Of a DNA stretch of 64,000 bases, positions 63,156 to 64,000 are shown piece after piece. Made by a program: the position numbers and the translations under genes. The DNA comes from Camelus ferus (Eukaryota): contig NC_045696.1 in the NCBI RefSeq assembly GCF_009834535.1, forward strand, positions 56,608,001 through 56,672,000, written 5' to 3'. Below the pieces are notes generated by a model. It saw only the letters and a program-made list of their open reading frames with translations, searched no databases and was not told the DNA's origin. Every line of letters starts with the position of its first letter. The first letter of the stretch is position 1.

Positions 63156-63340
63156 TAGGAGTGCCAGATTTAGCAAATAAGAATACAGGCTTTTCAGTTA
63201 AATTTGAATTTCAGATAAACCACAAGTAATTTTTTAGTATAAGTATGTCCAAATATTGCACAGAACGTACTAAAAATTATTCATGATTTATCTGAAATTC
63301 ACATGTAACTGGGCATCTTGTATTTTAAATGGCAACCTTA
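63156..63340. mobile_element. MER53 palindromic hAT MITE nested in an L2 fragment (about 62650-63400)
   Basis: taggagtgccagatttagcaaataagaatacagg..cagttaaatttgaatttcagataaac...tttatctgaaattcacatgtaactgggcatcttgtatttt..tggcaacctta. Confidence 0.85.
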
Positions 63341-63637
63341 GTGCCTAGACCTTAATATAGCTGACTCTTATTACAGATTATTAGATAAAAATTTGTTAGC
63401 AGCATATCAAAATTGCTGCCATGGCAACAAATGGGGGAAATGTGCTAAAACTACAGAACTAAAGTAGTGACAGATACCACTTCCTATTCCTTTCTGTGCT
63501 GATTTGCCTGTCCTCTCACTGCAGGAGAACCTAACCACCTGGTCTAGGCTCACGGATGCCCTTTCCTGGCCACCCCCCATCAGCCTTGTCAAGACCTGAT
63601 TATAACCAATTGCCACTTTCACAACAACCAGCAAGTA

Positions 63638-63699
63638 TTTATTGAGTTATTAAGCTGGTAGAAACTTCCAAATACATTTCTATAAATGTTTGATTTATT
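63638..63699 (-). terminator. HGD polyadenylation signals (two AATAAA on the minus strand)
   Basis: tttatt at 63694-63699 and 63638-63643, about 130 and 185 nt past the HGD stop codon. Confidence 0.7.
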
Positions 63700-63825
63700 T
63701 GACTTTGAAAAAGTGAGTCCTCATTTTAACCAACCCCCTCCCCCAGTACTGCCTCAGGGTGTGCGTGAGATTTTTAAAGGAAATCACACAAATCTATTCT
63801 CAATAATGGTATCAGTGCTCCAGTC

Positions 63826-63975
63826 TCAGTCAGGTCCTGCAGGGTTCCTGGAGTCTGGGGTGAAGTGGCTCTTGAGAGGTTCCCAGCACTTGTAGTAGTT
63901 CTCATCCAAACAGTTAGAGGTCTTCAGCCCCCACTTGGTGACAGCCATACTTAGAGAAGACTCAAACATAAATGC
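63826..63975 (-). CDS. HGD: Homogentisate 1,2-dioxygenase, last coding exon (49 aa plus TGA); the rest of the gene is beyond the window
   Basis: Minus-strand acceptor ctcatttcctatAG, then [49 protein letters not shown]; matches the HGD C-terminus and the known NDUFB4-HGD adjacency in mammals. Confidence 0.96.
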   Translation of the reverse strand, partial: AFMFESSLSMAVTKWGLKTSNCLDENYYKCWEPLKSHFTPDSRNPAGPD

Positions 63976-64000
63976 CTATAGGAAATGAGGATGGGACAAG

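Noticed and set aside
63686..63895. 69-aa plus-strand ORF
   Set aside because: Antisense shadow of the HGD last exon and 3' UTR.
1..64000. CRISPR arrays, rRNA, NUMTs, processed pseudogenes or prokaryote-type systems
   Set aside because: None recognised; the sequence is mammalian, intron-containing and repeat-rich, with no regular repeat-spacer array.

Overview
Mammalian genomic DNA, most likely camelid (four copies of a tRNA-Ala-like SINE of the camelid Vic-1 type). It holds one complete gene, NDUFB4 (+ strand, 3 coding exons, 45286-50853, 129 aa, CpG-island promoter). It also holds the last coding exon and 3' UTR of HGD (- strand, CDS 63826-63975), which the ORF track missed; the two genes are convergent. 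The 45 kb upstream of NDUFB4 has no recognisable host exons and is mostly repeats: the 3' part of an internally deleted class I ERV with its 3' LTR (1-3473), many L1, L2 and MIR fragments, ERVL/MaLR LTRs and hAT/Tigger DNA-transposon fossils. Nearly all other listed ORFs are repeat-derived or chance ORFs. I found no convincing new gene system. The best leads are: an ERV with an in-frame gag-MA/RT junction and a collapsed env; a CpG-retaining, YY1-bearing LTR family present twice, one copy pointing antisense into HGD; a divergent pair of strong CTCF motifs; a near-perfect 112-bp tandem duplication; an inverted L1 without TSD; and a possible charge-reversal substitution in NDUFB4. Repeat family names come from recalled consensus resemblance, not a database search, and boundaries of old repeats are approximate.
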